Positions 19,288 to 29,060 are shown, counted from the first letter of the stretch. The stretch: 64,000 nt of DNA from Candidatus Hydrogenedentota bacterium (GCA_034669905.1 JAXMOL010000032.1:1-64000); one strand, 5' to 3'. The notes: generated by a model from the sequence alone, not told the origin. Numbers and translations: made by a program.

Positions 19288-19932
19288 ATGTCACAACATG
19301 ATATCCCCACCGTGCTGGCCCACGACCGTTATACATCGAAACCCGCTCTAGACAATGGCTCCCCGGCCGCGGCAGATTCCGTAAAAACACCCCATGCGGA
19401 GCGCGAACGGATCATACAGGCGTGCCTCGACAGTAATTGCTTCCAGGCCGAGGTGCACTACGCGGAACGTAGTGGTCACCACACCATCGAACGGGCGGCC
19501 CGTCTCTATAAGAAACTGGACCGGGACGAAATGCGAAACGAACAACTCGTTCGTGTTGTCTTCCCGGCCGCGCCCCAACTCATCGAGCTGGGCTCCGTCA
19601 TGGCCATCACCTGCCTCTATGATCTGGAGAGGGCCTATAACATCTACGGCCACGTCATTTGTGCGGGCCCCGGTGTCAACGGCCTGCTGAAGGCCATCCA
19701 CGCCCCCATGGGCAGCGCCCATCCCCAACCGGGAGTCGCAGGCGAGCGGGCCATCATGCACTTTGTGGATTGGAAGCGCGCCGAATGGGACCGCTTTCTC
19801 ATCGACGAACTCGATCGGGGTCGTCAGGCGGCATCCGATCGCTATGTCCTGAATTTCTGGAAAGCGATGGACCGTATGTTTGGTGGCGGCCATCTCCTCA
19901 ATTGCCCAGACACCTACCACTGGAGAGGCTGA
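19288..19932 (+). CDS. Hypothetical cytoplasmic protein (214 aa)
   Basis: AAGGA SD, operonic position, coding-like composition; no family recognised. Confidence 0.7.
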   Translation: MSQHDIPTVLAHDRYTSKPALDNGSPAAADSVKTPHAERERIIQACLDSNCFQAEVHYAERSGHHTIERAARLYKKLDRDEMRNEQLVRVVFPAAPQLIELGSVMAITCLYDLERAYNIYGHVICAGPGVNGLLKAIHAPMGSAHPQPGVAGERAIMHFVDWKRAEWDRFLIDELDRGRQAASDRYVLNFWKAMDRMFGGGHLLNCPDTYHWRG

Positions 19933-19933
19933 G

Positions 19934-20707
19934 ATGACCCGTCTAAAAACGTGTGCGCTGATTGTATTGCTACTCACGCCCTTCGTTGCACCCCAGGCGG
20001 AAGAGGCCTACTCCGCACTCGATAGCTTTCGGGATGCGCGAAGGGCCTACGACGGGATCCGTATGGCGGCTATCCGCAATGCCCTCATGGAGCGCGCCTC
20101 GGAAGAGCGGGAGAACTACGAAGCCCAGATAGAAGCCGCCGAATGTCTTCGCATCACCGGGTCGGAGTTGCGTACCCAACGACAGGCCCAGCGTATTTCC
20201 GGTCAGGAGGCCAAGGAACTGAAGGCCCTGCAGGAAGATTGGTCCACCCAGGGAATGGCCTTTGCGGAACGCGCGTTGGCCCTGGCGACGACCGACGAGC
20301 GCATCGCCCGGACCCACCGCGTCTACGGGGAACTCTACGCCAACAGCATCACCGGGATGGTGGCTGGCCTCCGAAACGGGCCCAAAGCACGAAACCACAT
20401 GGATGAGGCGATGGCCCGAACGCCGAAGGACCCGGAGTGCATGCGGGCCATGGGCATCATGTACCTGAACAATCCCCCTTTCAATGGCGGTGATGTGGAG
20501 CGGGCCATTGAAACCTTCTCACGGTGCCACACCCTGGTGCCAGACAACGATAGTTATACGGTCTTGTTGACCCTGGCCTATAAGAAGCATAAGGACTGGA
20601 CGAAAGCCCTGGAGGCAGCAGAAACCACGCTGCGAATCAACGCGGCAAATCCCAACGCCGCAGCGCTGAAAGAAGCCATCATGGCGAAACTGGAGACGTC
20701 CGAATAA
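19934..20707 (+). CDS. Secreted TPR-repeat protein
   Basis: Signal peptide (..APQA-EE), helical TPR-like C-half (GIMYLNNPPFNGGD). Confidence 0.72.
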   Translation: MTRLKTCALIVLLLTPFVAPQAEEAYSALDSFRDARRAYDGIRMAAIRNALMERASEERENYEAQIEAAECLRITGSELRTQRQAQRISGQEAKELKALQEDWSTQGMAFAERALALATTDERIARTHRVYGELYANSITGMVAGLRNGPKARNHMDEAMARTPKDPECMRAMGIMYLNNPPFNGGDVERAIETFSRCHTLVPDNDSYTVLLTLAYKKHKDWTKALEAAETTLRINAANPNAAALKEAIMAKLETSE

Positions 20708-21675
20708 TGAAAGCGGTCTTTCGATGCATCGTGTTGGTGCTCTGTGGCACGGCGGTCTGCGCCCATTCCGAAGGCATGGAAAGGGCGGCCTATGTGGTCG
20801 AAGGCGCCGACGGGCTTCTACAGCGCTACGCCCCGGTGTTTGTGATTGAGCACCATGAAATGGCCTTCAACAAGATTGGAACGCCGGCAGCCAAGCGCAA
20901 CCACCGCGGTCGGGAAAAGGTATACGTGGACCCCAGTCATCCCACGGTCTACACCGAGGTCGAACACTTCGAAACAGCGCGCGGCTCCTATACCAATTTA
21001 ATTTATCGCATTCATTTCGAAGCCAATCCTTTCACCTGGGTTCCATTAAACGTTTCCGCCGGCAAAAACGTCGGTGCTATCTCCATCGTAACCCTGAATG
21101 CTTCCGACGAACCCGTCTGGTTGACCACAGTGCAAAGCTGCGGCTGTTACCATGCGATTATTCCCACGGACTACCTCCCGGAGGACGCCTATCCCGAGGG
21201 GTGGCGCAATAGCGAACTCGTGGTCTACGGTGAGCACCTCCCCGGCCAGCTCCCCATAAAGGCCCAGGCGGACGCGATGCCCCGTATCGTCATTCAGATC
21301 CGAAGTGGCTCCCACCGCTGTATGGGGGTATCGCTGGAGCCCCTCGAAGGGGTGGCTTCAGGCATGGCCCTCATACCTACACCGGCAGCCCCGATGGCGT
21401 CGCTGAAAGCCCTCCCCCTGGCCGATGGTTCGACCACTTCCTTTTACCACGCCCACGGCCATCGCAAGGGCCTGGTGAAGGGGGCCTACAAGCCCCTGGA
21501 GACCCTTCTCTTCGGGCTTTGGTCCTGGGATCACAATGTGGGACAGGACCGGGAATACGGGGCCAAGGAGCAGGTCGGCCGTCGATTTTATACCACCCTC
21601 TTCTTCGCCCGGAAGAAAGAGGCCGATATGTGGCACTATGCGCAGTATCTGGAACACAACGGATGGAAGCCGTAG
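20707..21675 (+). CDS. Secreted hypothetical protein (322 aa)
   Basis: Signal peptide; RYAPVF, NLIYRIHF, SCGCYH motifs; 1-bp overlap with the upstream stop. Confidence 0.7.
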   Translation: MKAVFRCIVLVLCGTAVCAHSEGMERAAYVVEGADGLLQRYAPVFVIEHHEMAFNKIGTPAAKRNHRGREKVYVDPSHPTVYTEVEHFETARGSYTNLIYRIHFEANPFTWVPLNVSAGKNVGAISIVTLNASDEPVWLTTVQSCGCYHAIIPTDYLPEDAYPEGWRNSELVVYGEHLPGQLPIKAQADAMPRIVIQIRSGSHRCMGVSLEPLEGVASGMALIPTPAAPMASLKALPLADGSTTSFYHAHGHRKGLVKGAYKPLETLLFGLWSWDHNVGQDREYGAKEQVGRRFYTTLFFARKKEADMWHYAQYLEHNGWKP

Positions 21676-21698
21676 GCCCTGACACAAAGGAAGTCCCC

Positions 21699-22451
21699 AT
21701 GACTCCACTATTCCTCAGCATCGCAACCCTCTGCGCCGGACTTACGGCAACCGGCATGGACCACGCCCCCTTGGACGCCCTCCTCAGTCACTATGTCGAG
21801 GACGGCCTGGTGGACTATGCCGCACTGAAAAAAGACCGGGCCGGGCTGGATGGCTACCTCGAAGAAGGAGGCCGCATAAGCCGCTCGACCTTTAATGCGT
21901 GGTCCAGGAACGACCAGCTCGCATTCCTGATTAATGTTTACAATGCCTCCACGCTCCAGTTGATTATTGACCACTTCCCCGTGGCCACTATCAAGTCCAT
22001 CGGCTCTCTTTTCAGCGGGCCCTGGGATAAGAAGTCTGTGCGGCTCTTCGGGAAGTCCATCTCCCTCAACACCCTGGAGCACAAGATTATCCGCAAGGAT
22101 TACAAAGAACCCCGCATACACTTTGCGCTGGTCTGCGCCGCCCTGGGCTGTCCTCCCCTTCGTGGAGAGGCCTACCAGGGCGACCGTCTCGACGCGCAAC
22201 TGGAAGAGCAGACGCAGCGCTTCCTCAATTCCGAAAATAAGAACTACCTGGACCGGGACAAGAAAACCCTCTGGCTATCCCCTATCTTCAAATGGTACCG
22301 CGAAGACTTTGAGGTCGCCGCGGACTCCCTTCCGGCCTTCGTGGCACCCTATATGCTCCCTACAGAAAATGCAGTAAACCTGAAAGACTTCGACATCTCC
22401 TTTACAGACTATGACTGGGCCCTGAACGACCGAAATAGCGGGAGTCTGTAA
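21699..22451 (+). CDS. DUF547-domain protein
   Basis: AFLINVYNA, EPRIHFALVCAALGCP, SPIFKWY..DF, YDWALN. Confidence 0.88.
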   Translation: MTPLFLSIATLCAGLTATGMDHAPLDALLSHYVEDGLVDYAALKKDRAGLDGYLEEGGRISRSTFNAWSRNDQLAFLINVYNASTLQLIIDHFPVATIKSIGSLFSGPWDKKSVRLFGKSISLNTLEHKIIRKDYKEPRIHFALVCAALGCPPLRGEAYQGDRLDAQLEEQTQRFLNSENKNYLDRDKKTLWLSPIFKWYREDFEVAADSLPAFVAPYMLPTENAVNLKDFDISFTDYDWALNDRNSGSL

Positions 22452-23957
22452 ATGCGTATCTTTCTGGCGGGCAACGTCCCGGAAGCCGTGCTCAGTCATC
22501 TTGACCGCCACCCCGGCGTACGGGCCACCTCCCCAATGACGGACACGGACGATACCAGGGTTGCGCATTCGTGGGACTGCTGTCTCGTGGGTGCCCCGGA
22601 GGACGCCGATGGACTGGATGATTTGCTGGAGGCCCTCCACAGGCAGCTGCCCCGGGTGCCACTCGGCTTCGTCGCAGGCCACGAACACCGGGACCACGCC
22701 CTGAAGGCACTTCGTTTCCGTGGGATTGACCGCATCATTCCTTCAGACATCGACGCTGCCGGCCTGGATAGTGCCCTGAAGGCGCTGGCGGAACACAACG
22801 TGCGGCTGACTCGACTGCAGGCTGCTCTCTCGGAGTGGGCGACGCCCACCATCTTTCTCACAGGTGCCACGGGTTTCCTGGGCGGGCACTTCCTACGCTA
22901 CCTCCTGCGCTGCACCTCAACCCACGTCATCGCACTCACCCGGCAGCGTGGAAACACGCCTTTCGATCAGCGCCTGACCCATCTGGACCGATTGCATCCC
23001 GGACGCATCGTGTGTGTCGAAGGAGACGTGGGCCTTCCGGGGCTCGGCTTGTCCGACGAGGCACACGCGCTGGTGGCGGCCCAACCCATCGAAGTCTGGC
23101 ATATGGCCGCCATTACCCGTTTTGAGGAGATGCTCCGCGAGGCCATTTTCAACGTCAACCTGGAGGGCACCCGCCATGTGGTGAACTTCTCCCGGAAGCT
23201 ACCGGACCTGAAGCACCTTCACCACGTCAGCACGGCCTATGTGGCTGGAAACGGTTACACCGCTGCGCCCGTTCCGGAAGCCCCCCTCGAACGTCCCGCC
23301 ACCTTCAAGAATCCCTACGAAGAATCCAAGTATGAGGCCGAACAGTGCGTGGTCCACTCTGACCTGCCTTGGACCATCTATCGGCCGAGTATCATCCTGG
23401 GGGAGAGTGTTTCCGGCCTCTGTGACGGGCAAACAGTCTACAATGTCGCCAAGATGCTCCGCCTCGCCCAAAAGGCCGGCGCGCGGCAAGTCGTGGCACA
23501 GCCCGAAACACCTCGGTTCCGTGTCGTGGTCGACCAGGGCGCGGCCAAGAACCTGATTCATGTGGATGATGTGGTGTGCCGAATGCTCCACATCGCGGCC
23601 CATCTGCCTGAGCGGGGAAGCTGCTTCCATATCACCCACGACGTCCCCACGCCCATGACCGACCTCATCGCAGTCATTGCGGCGCTGCTGGACATCCCGG
23701 AGTACGAATCCGTCCAGACCCTGGACGGCGCCCCCCTTTCGGCCGCGGAAGCCCTCCTTGAGCGTATCTCCGGGGTGTTCCGTCCCTACATGTTGAGCCG
23801 TGACGCCCACTTCGAAAGCGATCACGCTTATGTGACTTCCGGTCGTCTCCCCTTATGCCCCATGAACCGCCGTCGCCTTCATTTTCTCATGCAGTCTTTT
23901 TTGGAGCAGCACTACCCGTGCGAGGCCCCGTCACAACCCGTGTTGGCTTGCTCATGA
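22452..23957 (+). CDS. Thioester/acyl-CoA reductase-like extended SDR with N-terminal pseudo-receiver domain
   Basis: TGATGFLG, HVSTAYV, YEESK, YRPSII; first about 125 aa have a REC-like C-half pattern. Confidence 0.82.
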   Translation: MRIFLAGNVPEAVLSHLDRHPGVRATSPMTDTDDTRVAHSWDCCLVGAPEDADGLDDLLEALHRQLPRVPLGFVAGHEHRDHALKALRFRGIDRIIPSDIDAAGLDSALKALAEHNVRLTRLQAALSEWATPTIFLTGATGFLGGHFLRYLLRCTSTHVIALTRQRGNTPFDQRLTHLDRLHPGRIVCVEGDVGLPGLGLSDEAHALVAAQPIEVWHMAAITRFEEMLREAIFNVNLEGTRHVVNFSRKLPDLKHLHHVSTAYVAGNGYTAAPVPEAPLERPATFKNPYEESKYEAEQCVVHSDLPWTIYRPSIILGESVSGLCDGQTVYNVAKMLRLAQKAGARQVVAQPETPRFRVVVDQGAAKNLIHVDDVVCRMLHIAAHLPERGSCFHITHDVPTPMTDLIAVIAALLDIPEYESVQTLDGAPLSAAEALLERISGVFRPYMLSRDAHFESDHAYVTSGRLPLCPMNRRRLHFLMQSFLEQHYPCEAPSQPVLACS

Positions 23958-24346
23958 CCGAAAAGCGCTTATCCCCACACCGAACCCTATGCCGCGCCTA
24001 TTTTGAGGACTTCCTGCCCGGACTTACGGGCGAATTGCTCGTACCCGGTCTCCGTTCGCTCCATTGTACGCTCGGTGTTTCCATCATCGATGAAACGAAC
24101 GCTGCGTGGACTCTGGTCGTTTCGGAGGGGCGCCTGCTTTCCGTACGGCCCCAGGTCGATGACGCGCCCTGTATCTTTCAACTGGATTCCGGCACCCTCC
24201 TCGACGTCGCCGCAGGCGTGTTGGCCCCCGACAAAGCCTTCTTCGACCTTAGAATCGAAATCGAGGGCGACATGGCCCTCGGGCTTCAGTTCAGCACCGT
24301 GCTGGAACCCTTCTTCAAACAATACCCCTATGGGCGGGCAGAGTAG
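23954..24346 (+). CDS. SCP2 sterol/lipid-binding domain protein
   Basis: AWTLVV..G, LAPDKAFF..RIEIEGDMALGLQF. Confidence 0.8.
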   Translation: MTEKRLSPHRTLCRAYFEDFLPGLTGELLVPGLRSLHCTLGVSIIDETNAAWTLVVSEGRLLSVRPQVDDAPCIFQLDSGTLLDVAAGVLAPDKAFFDLRIEIEGDMALGLQFSTVLEPFFKQYPYGRAE

Positions 24347-26529
24347 TGACCGTGAACCCGATGAAAAACAGGGCCGCACGCATCGCGCTCGTGCTCACCG
24401 TCGCACTCGTATTGACCGCACCTTGGGGACTCCTCTGGCTCCATCTGGACAACCGTATTGAGCAGTGGGTGGCGGACGACGATGCCGCGGCTGGTTTTCG
24501 GAGCGATTTCGGAGAGGAGGATTTTCTGCTACTGGCCTATGCGGGGCCTTCCCTCTTTGAAATTGATGCCCTCGATCTACAGTTGGACGTGCTTGAGGAG
24601 GTGGAAGCACTTCCCCACGTCACCTCGGTCCAGAGTATTCCGTCCCTCTTTCGCGATCACTTTGGTGCGGAAAGCGCGGAGGAACTCGAAGAGGAAATCA
24701 CCACATCGCCCTTTTATGAAAAGGCCATCGTCTCTGTGGACCACCGGATGGGTGGCATGATTATTGGCAGTAGCAGCCCCTTTACGGCCTCAACGCGGCA
24801 GGCCTATGTCGAAGCGATACGCAGAGCCGCCGAACCCCTTCGCGCCGCCGGGTGGCAGGTACACCTCGTCGGACCAGGCGCGCTCAATGGAGCCCTCGAC
24901 AGTGCGTCGGAGTCGGAAAGCCGTCGCCTGCTCCCCCTTGCCGTACTGGTATCCACCGCCCTTCTTGGGGCAATACTCCGTTCGCTCAAAAAGGTACTGA
25001 TCGTCGGGCTCGTGTCGGCGCTGACCCTCGTCACTACCATGGGGCTCATGGGCTGGCTGGGTCTCACGATGAACATGGTCACCGTCGCGCTTCCGCCCGT
25101 GCTCTGGGTATTGTCGGCCGCCTACACGGTGCACCTGATTCGCTACTACGACGCATCCTTGGCAAACGGCGCGTCGGTCGAAAGGGCCGTTGCCCAGGCC
25201 CTGGCCATCGGAGTACGCCCATGTTTTCTGGCGGCGACCACGACCTGCCTCGGTTTTCTGGCTCTGCTCACGGCAGACATGGTGCCGGTTCGGGAATTGG
25301 GAATTGCGGCCGCCCTGGGAATCCCCGTGGCCTTCGTCGTTAGCATGGGGGTGACCCCACTGCTGCTCCAGTACCTGAGGCCCACCTCTCCGGACGCGGT
25401 AAGCACACCCCAATCGGTCGGCAAACTCCGCGCTTCCCATCACGCCAAGCCCATACTCCTGGCCGCGGTCGTGCTGGCCATGGCCTCCGCCTTTTTCACC
25501 ACGCGGGTTGACATCAAGTCCAACCCCCTTACGTTTCTACCGCCCGACGCCCCTATCGTTCGGGACTCTGCCATCGTCGCCGAACAGTTCACCGGACTCT
25601 ACCCCCTGGAAACGGTGCTCGAACTGAAAAGTCCGTGGCTCCGCCCCGAAAACTGGCCCGCCATTGAATTCCAGACCGAAACGCTCCAGGGCGCCACCGG
25701 CGTTGCCCGGGTACTCAGTCCGTTGGACTACCTCAAGAAGCTGAATCAGTGGAACGAGGGAGGTGGCACAGAAAACTACCGACTGCCCGCCGACCAGGCG
25801 ACGGCCGAAGCCTTGCTCCGTGATGTGCCCGAGGAACAACTGGGCCTGCTCACGTCGTTGGTTTCACCCGATGCCACCCGGGTCCGCCTTTCCGCCCTCG
25901 TAAACGTCATGGACGGCAAGGAATTGCTGGCCATTGTGGAGGCTTCCCGTGCCGCCCTTAGCCGGTCAGAAGACATCAAGGGGAGCTATCACACCGGCGT
26001 CGTGCTGCGATTGGTAGATGCGCAGTTCGCCTTGATTCGAACCCAGCTGAAAAGCCTGGCCATGGCCATTCTCATCATCTTCGGCTGCATGGCCATCGGG
26101 CTCCGCTCCCTTCGACTCTTGCTACTCGCCATTGCACCCAACCTCGCCCCCGTGCTGGCCCTCTTTGGCATCATGGGCTTGGTCGGCTTATCCCTCGATC
26201 CCGCCACCGTCATGGTGGCCGCTATGGTCCTGGGCATCGCCGTCGACGATACGATGCATCTCTTGCTGACCTGGCGGGAGCGATGGGTGAAGTCGGGGAA
26301 CGCGGCTATGGCACTGCAGGACGCCGTCGCCTTGAATGGCCCCGCTATGACCACGACCACGTGGGTGGCTTGCGCGGGATTTCTCGTTCTCGCCTTTTCC
26401 CATTTCGCGCCCATACGCTACTTCGGGCTCCTGTCCGCCGCGGCCATGGCAGTGGCACTCCTCGCGGACCTGTGGCTGTTGCCCGCCCTCATGCACCTGA
26501 GCAGTCTAAGAAAGGTCCGCGCCACGTGA
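24346..26529 (+). CDS. MMPL/RND-family exporter
   Basis: Two TM blocks with periplasmic loops, TTTCLGFLAL, LGIAVDDTMH. Confidence 0.88.
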   Translation: MTVNPMKNRAARIALVLTVALVLTAPWGLLWLHLDNRIEQWVADDDAAAGFRSDFGEEDFLLLAYAGPSLFEIDALDLQLDVLEEVEALPHVTSVQSIPSLFRDHFGAESAEELEEEITTSPFYEKAIVSVDHRMGGMIIGSSSPFTASTRQAYVEAIRRAAEPLRAAGWQVHLVGPGALNGALDSASESESRRLLPLAVLVSTALLGAILRSLKKVLIVGLVSALTLVTTMGLMGWLGLTMNMVTVALPPVLWVLSAAYTVHLIRYYDASLANGASVERAVAQALAIGVRPCFLAATTTCLGFLALLTADMVPVRELGIAAALGIPVAFVVSMGVTPLLLQYLRPTSPDAVSTPQSVGKLRASHHAKPILLAAVVLAMASAFFTTRVDIKSNPLTFLPPDAPIVRDSAIVAEQFTGLYPLETVLELKSPWLRPENWPAIEFQTETLQGATGVARVLSPLDYLKKLNQWNEGGGTENYRLPADQATAEALLRDVPEEQLGLLTSLVSPDATRVRLSALVNVMDGKELLAIVEASRAALSRSEDIKGSYHTGVVLRLVDAQFALIRTQLKSLAMAILIIFGCMAIGLRSLRLLLLAIAPNLAPVLALFGIMGLVGLSLDPATVMVAAMVLGIAVDDTMHLLLTWRERWVKSGNAAMALQDAVALNGPAMTTTTWVACAGFLVLAFSHFAPIRYFGLLSAAAMAVALLADLWLLPALMHLSSLRKVRAT

Positions 26530-27569
26530 CAGATTTCCAGCAACATGTGGAGGAAATTATCGCCCTCCACTTCGACCCCCGGTGGGGCACGCCCTATTGG
26601 CTTGAACGCGCGCCAAGCCTTCCCTTCAATCCCCAGAGGGATATATGCACGGTGGAAGACCTCCTCCGCTTCCCCCCCTTCCCCATGTACCTTCTCTCGA
26701 ATTGCCCCGTGGAGCATCTCATTCCGAAACGATTCCACGACGACCTTGCGAACTTCATTACCGCCGAAACGGGCGGGGCCACCGGCGTACCCAAGCGCAC
26801 GGCTTACCATAGCGATGACTTCACCGCGGCCTTTGTCGACCCCTTCGTCGCGGCAGCCACCCTTATGGATTTTCCCCGCAACCGGCATTGGCTCTTTATC
26901 GGGCCATCAGGTCCCCACATCATCGGCAAAGCGGCACGGGCCTGCGCCCACGCCCTCGGCTCCCTCGATCCCTTCTCCGTCGACTTTGACCCCCGTTGGG
27001 TACGCAAACTCCCTGAGGGCTCCCTGGGACGTACGCGCTACCTGGAGCATGTGCTGGAGCAGGCCCTGCAGGTATTGCATACCCAGCACATCGGTGTCCT
27101 ATTCAGCACGCCCCCCGTGCTTGAAGCCCTGGCAGGCCGACTGACAGAGGAACAACGAATGCACATCACGGGTATCCACCTCGGCGGTATGGCGGCGTCT
27201 GCGACCTTTTGGGAACAGCTTACGACCAACTGGTTTCCCAACGCCATCGCCCTTTCTGGCTATGGAAACAGCCTCGCCGGCGTATGTCCTCAAATAACAC
27301 CCTGCCTCGATGGGGCACCAGTCTATGTCCCTTTCGGCACTCGCATTGCCTTTGCTATGGAACGGAACGACGACGGCGCACCCGCCACGGTACGCTTTCA
27401 CCGCCTGGACCGGGCCGCTTTGCTCCCCCACGTGATAGAGGGCGATGAGGCTTTTGTCGACGTCGCCACGCCCCCCAAAGCACAGCAACTTGGTTTTCAT
27501 GCTACCGGGTTACGTAACCCGCAGCCGATCCAACGACAGCACGAAGTCCGGCAGGGAGGACTCTACTGA
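26526..27569 (+). CDS. EhpF-like ANL-superfamily adenylating enzyme
   Basis: HFDP..GTPYWLERA N-terminus, ETGGATGVPKR P-loop, GPSGPH, DFDPRWVRKL, GYGNS; GTGA overlap with the MMPL gene. Confidence 0.72.
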   Translation: MTDFQQHVEEIIALHFDPRWGTPYWLERAPSLPFNPQRDICTVEDLLRFPPFPMYLLSNCPVEHLIPKRFHDDLANFITAETGGATGVPKRTAYHSDDFTAAFVDPFVAAATLMDFPRNRHWLFIGPSGPHIIGKAARACAHALGSLDPFSVDFDPRWVRKLPEGSLGRTRYLEHVLEQALQVLHTQHIGVLFSTPPVLEALAGRLTEEQRMHITGIHLGGMAASATFWEQLTTNWFPNAIALSGYGNSLAGVCPQITPCLDGAPVYVPFGTRIAFAMERNDDGAPATVRFHRLDRAALLPHVIEGDEAFVDVATPPKAQQLGFHATGLRNPQPIQRQHEVRQGGLY

Positions 27570-27571
27570 CC

Positions 27572-28282
27572 ATGGTGGCACATGACTTTATCGAAGAGTC
27601 CGTAACCATACCCTGTGGCGACCGCAGCCTGGAAGGCATTTTGGCCTACCCGGAACGGGATAGCCCCAGACAGGGCGTGCTGCTCTTGTCACCCCACCCC
27701 CACATGGGTGGCCGGATGGACAACAACGTTATCGAACACCTCGCCCGACGCCTCGCCGAAGCGGGCAGCGTTACCCTCCGCTTCAACTACGGCGGTGTGG
27801 GCGGCAGTTCCCTGGAACTACCAGAAGACGTCACCACGTTTGACTATTGGGGACGCATCGAAGCCGAGCAAGACTATCGCGCCGTCCTGCCCGATGTAAT
27901 TGCCGCGCGGGATTTCCTCGTGCAGGCCCTTCCACCACGGACGCCAGTGGTCTATCTGGGCTACTCCTTCGGAAGTTGTATGGCGACGTTGTTGACGGGC
28001 GTGTCCGCCCCCCACGCGCTCATCGCCATCAGTCCCCCGGTGAGCCGGGTTCGCTTTGAAAATCTCGACGCGTGTACCATGCCCGTGTGTTTCGTGACCG
28101 GAGACCAGGATTTCGTATTCGACCCGGAGCGCTTCCGGGAGACCCGTGACGCTGTGCCCGGCCCCATAACCCATGTCCACCTGAACGGCTGCGACCACTT
28201 CTTTCGGAAAGAAGAAGGACGGGTCTATGATGTACTCCGCGCCTTTCTCAAAGAAAATATTCTCTTCGGAGCACCACTATGA
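27572..28282 (+). CDS. Alpha/beta hydrolase (COG2945-like)
   Basis: PHPHMGGRMDN, GYSFG nucleophile elbow, D, DHFF. Confidence 0.87.
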   Translation: MVAHDFIEESVTIPCGDRSLEGILAYPERDSPRQGVLLLSPHPHMGGRMDNNVIEHLARRLAEAGSVTLRFNYGGVGGSSLELPEDVTTFDYWGRIEAEQDYRAVLPDVIAARDFLVQALPPRTPVVYLGYSFGSCMATLLTGVSAPHALIAISPPVSRVRFENLDACTMPVCFVTGDQDFVFDPERFRETRDAVPGPITHVHLNGCDHFFRKEEGRVYDVLRAFLKENILFGAPL

Positions 28283-28977
28283 TCGGCCTGCTTCTCTGCC
28301 TCTTCAGCCTCGCCACAACGCCAACGGCCGAGCCTGTCGTCGAACTGGCAGAGGCCACCCGCACCTACGACCTCAGCAGGGCACAAGCCCTCGTGGCCTC
28401 TCTGAAACAAGCGACGGATAGCGACTCCGTGGCCCTCCGGGTGAAGGCACACTTGCTCGTGGCAGAGCTGCTGCGCCTGGAGTTTTCCTACCTTCCCGCG
28501 ACAGAAACCAAAACCCGGCGGGCCCTCGGGAAGCAGATCGATGCTGCCGCCGATGCCGGTCTCGCGGACCTCGATGGCCTGCCGGAAAGCTCAGAGAAAC
28601 ATCGCCTCAAGGCCGATCTGTTCGGCACAAAAATCCGCTCCACCTACCGTGCTGGAAAACTCAAGGGTCCATTGAACGCGGCCGTGGAGCGGGCCCTGCA
28701 GTTAGATCCGGAGAACGCGCGGGCCTATGTGACAAAAGCCAAGACCCTGCTCTTTCAGCCCTCCCCCACGGAAGGCGCACTTCAGGAAGCCCTTCGTCTT
28801 CTGAAGACAGCCCGCTCACGGGAGCCGACCCTCGAGCAAATCCGCCTCCTGCTGGCCTACGCCTACACACAAACAGGCGATACAGAAGCGGCCACCGAAT
28901 GCTGGCAGCAATGCCTGCAGGAAAACCCGGATTGTCTACCCGCTGCCCGTGAATTGAATTCAGTCCGACCTGATTGA
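28279..28977 (+). CDS. Secreted TPR-repeat protein
   Basis: Signal peptide; RALQLDPENARAY and C-terminal TPR motifs. Confidence 0.75.
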   Translation: MIGLLLCLFSLATTPTAEPVVELAEATRTYDLSRAQALVASLKQATDSDSVALRVKAHLLVAELLRLEFSYLPATETKTRRALGKQIDAAADAGLADLDGLPESSEKHRLKADLFGTKIRSTYRAGKLKGPLNAAVERALQLDPENARAYVTKAKTLLFQPSPTEGALQEALRLLKTARSREPTLEQIRLLLAYAYTQTGDTEAATECWQQCLQENPDCLPAARELNSVRPD

Positions 28978-29060
28978 ACGCCCCCCAGCCCCCTCGGACT
29001 CCGGCGCTCCACCCGATGAAGCATTCCGCTACCGTTTCACGTCGGATACGATACCCGCAG

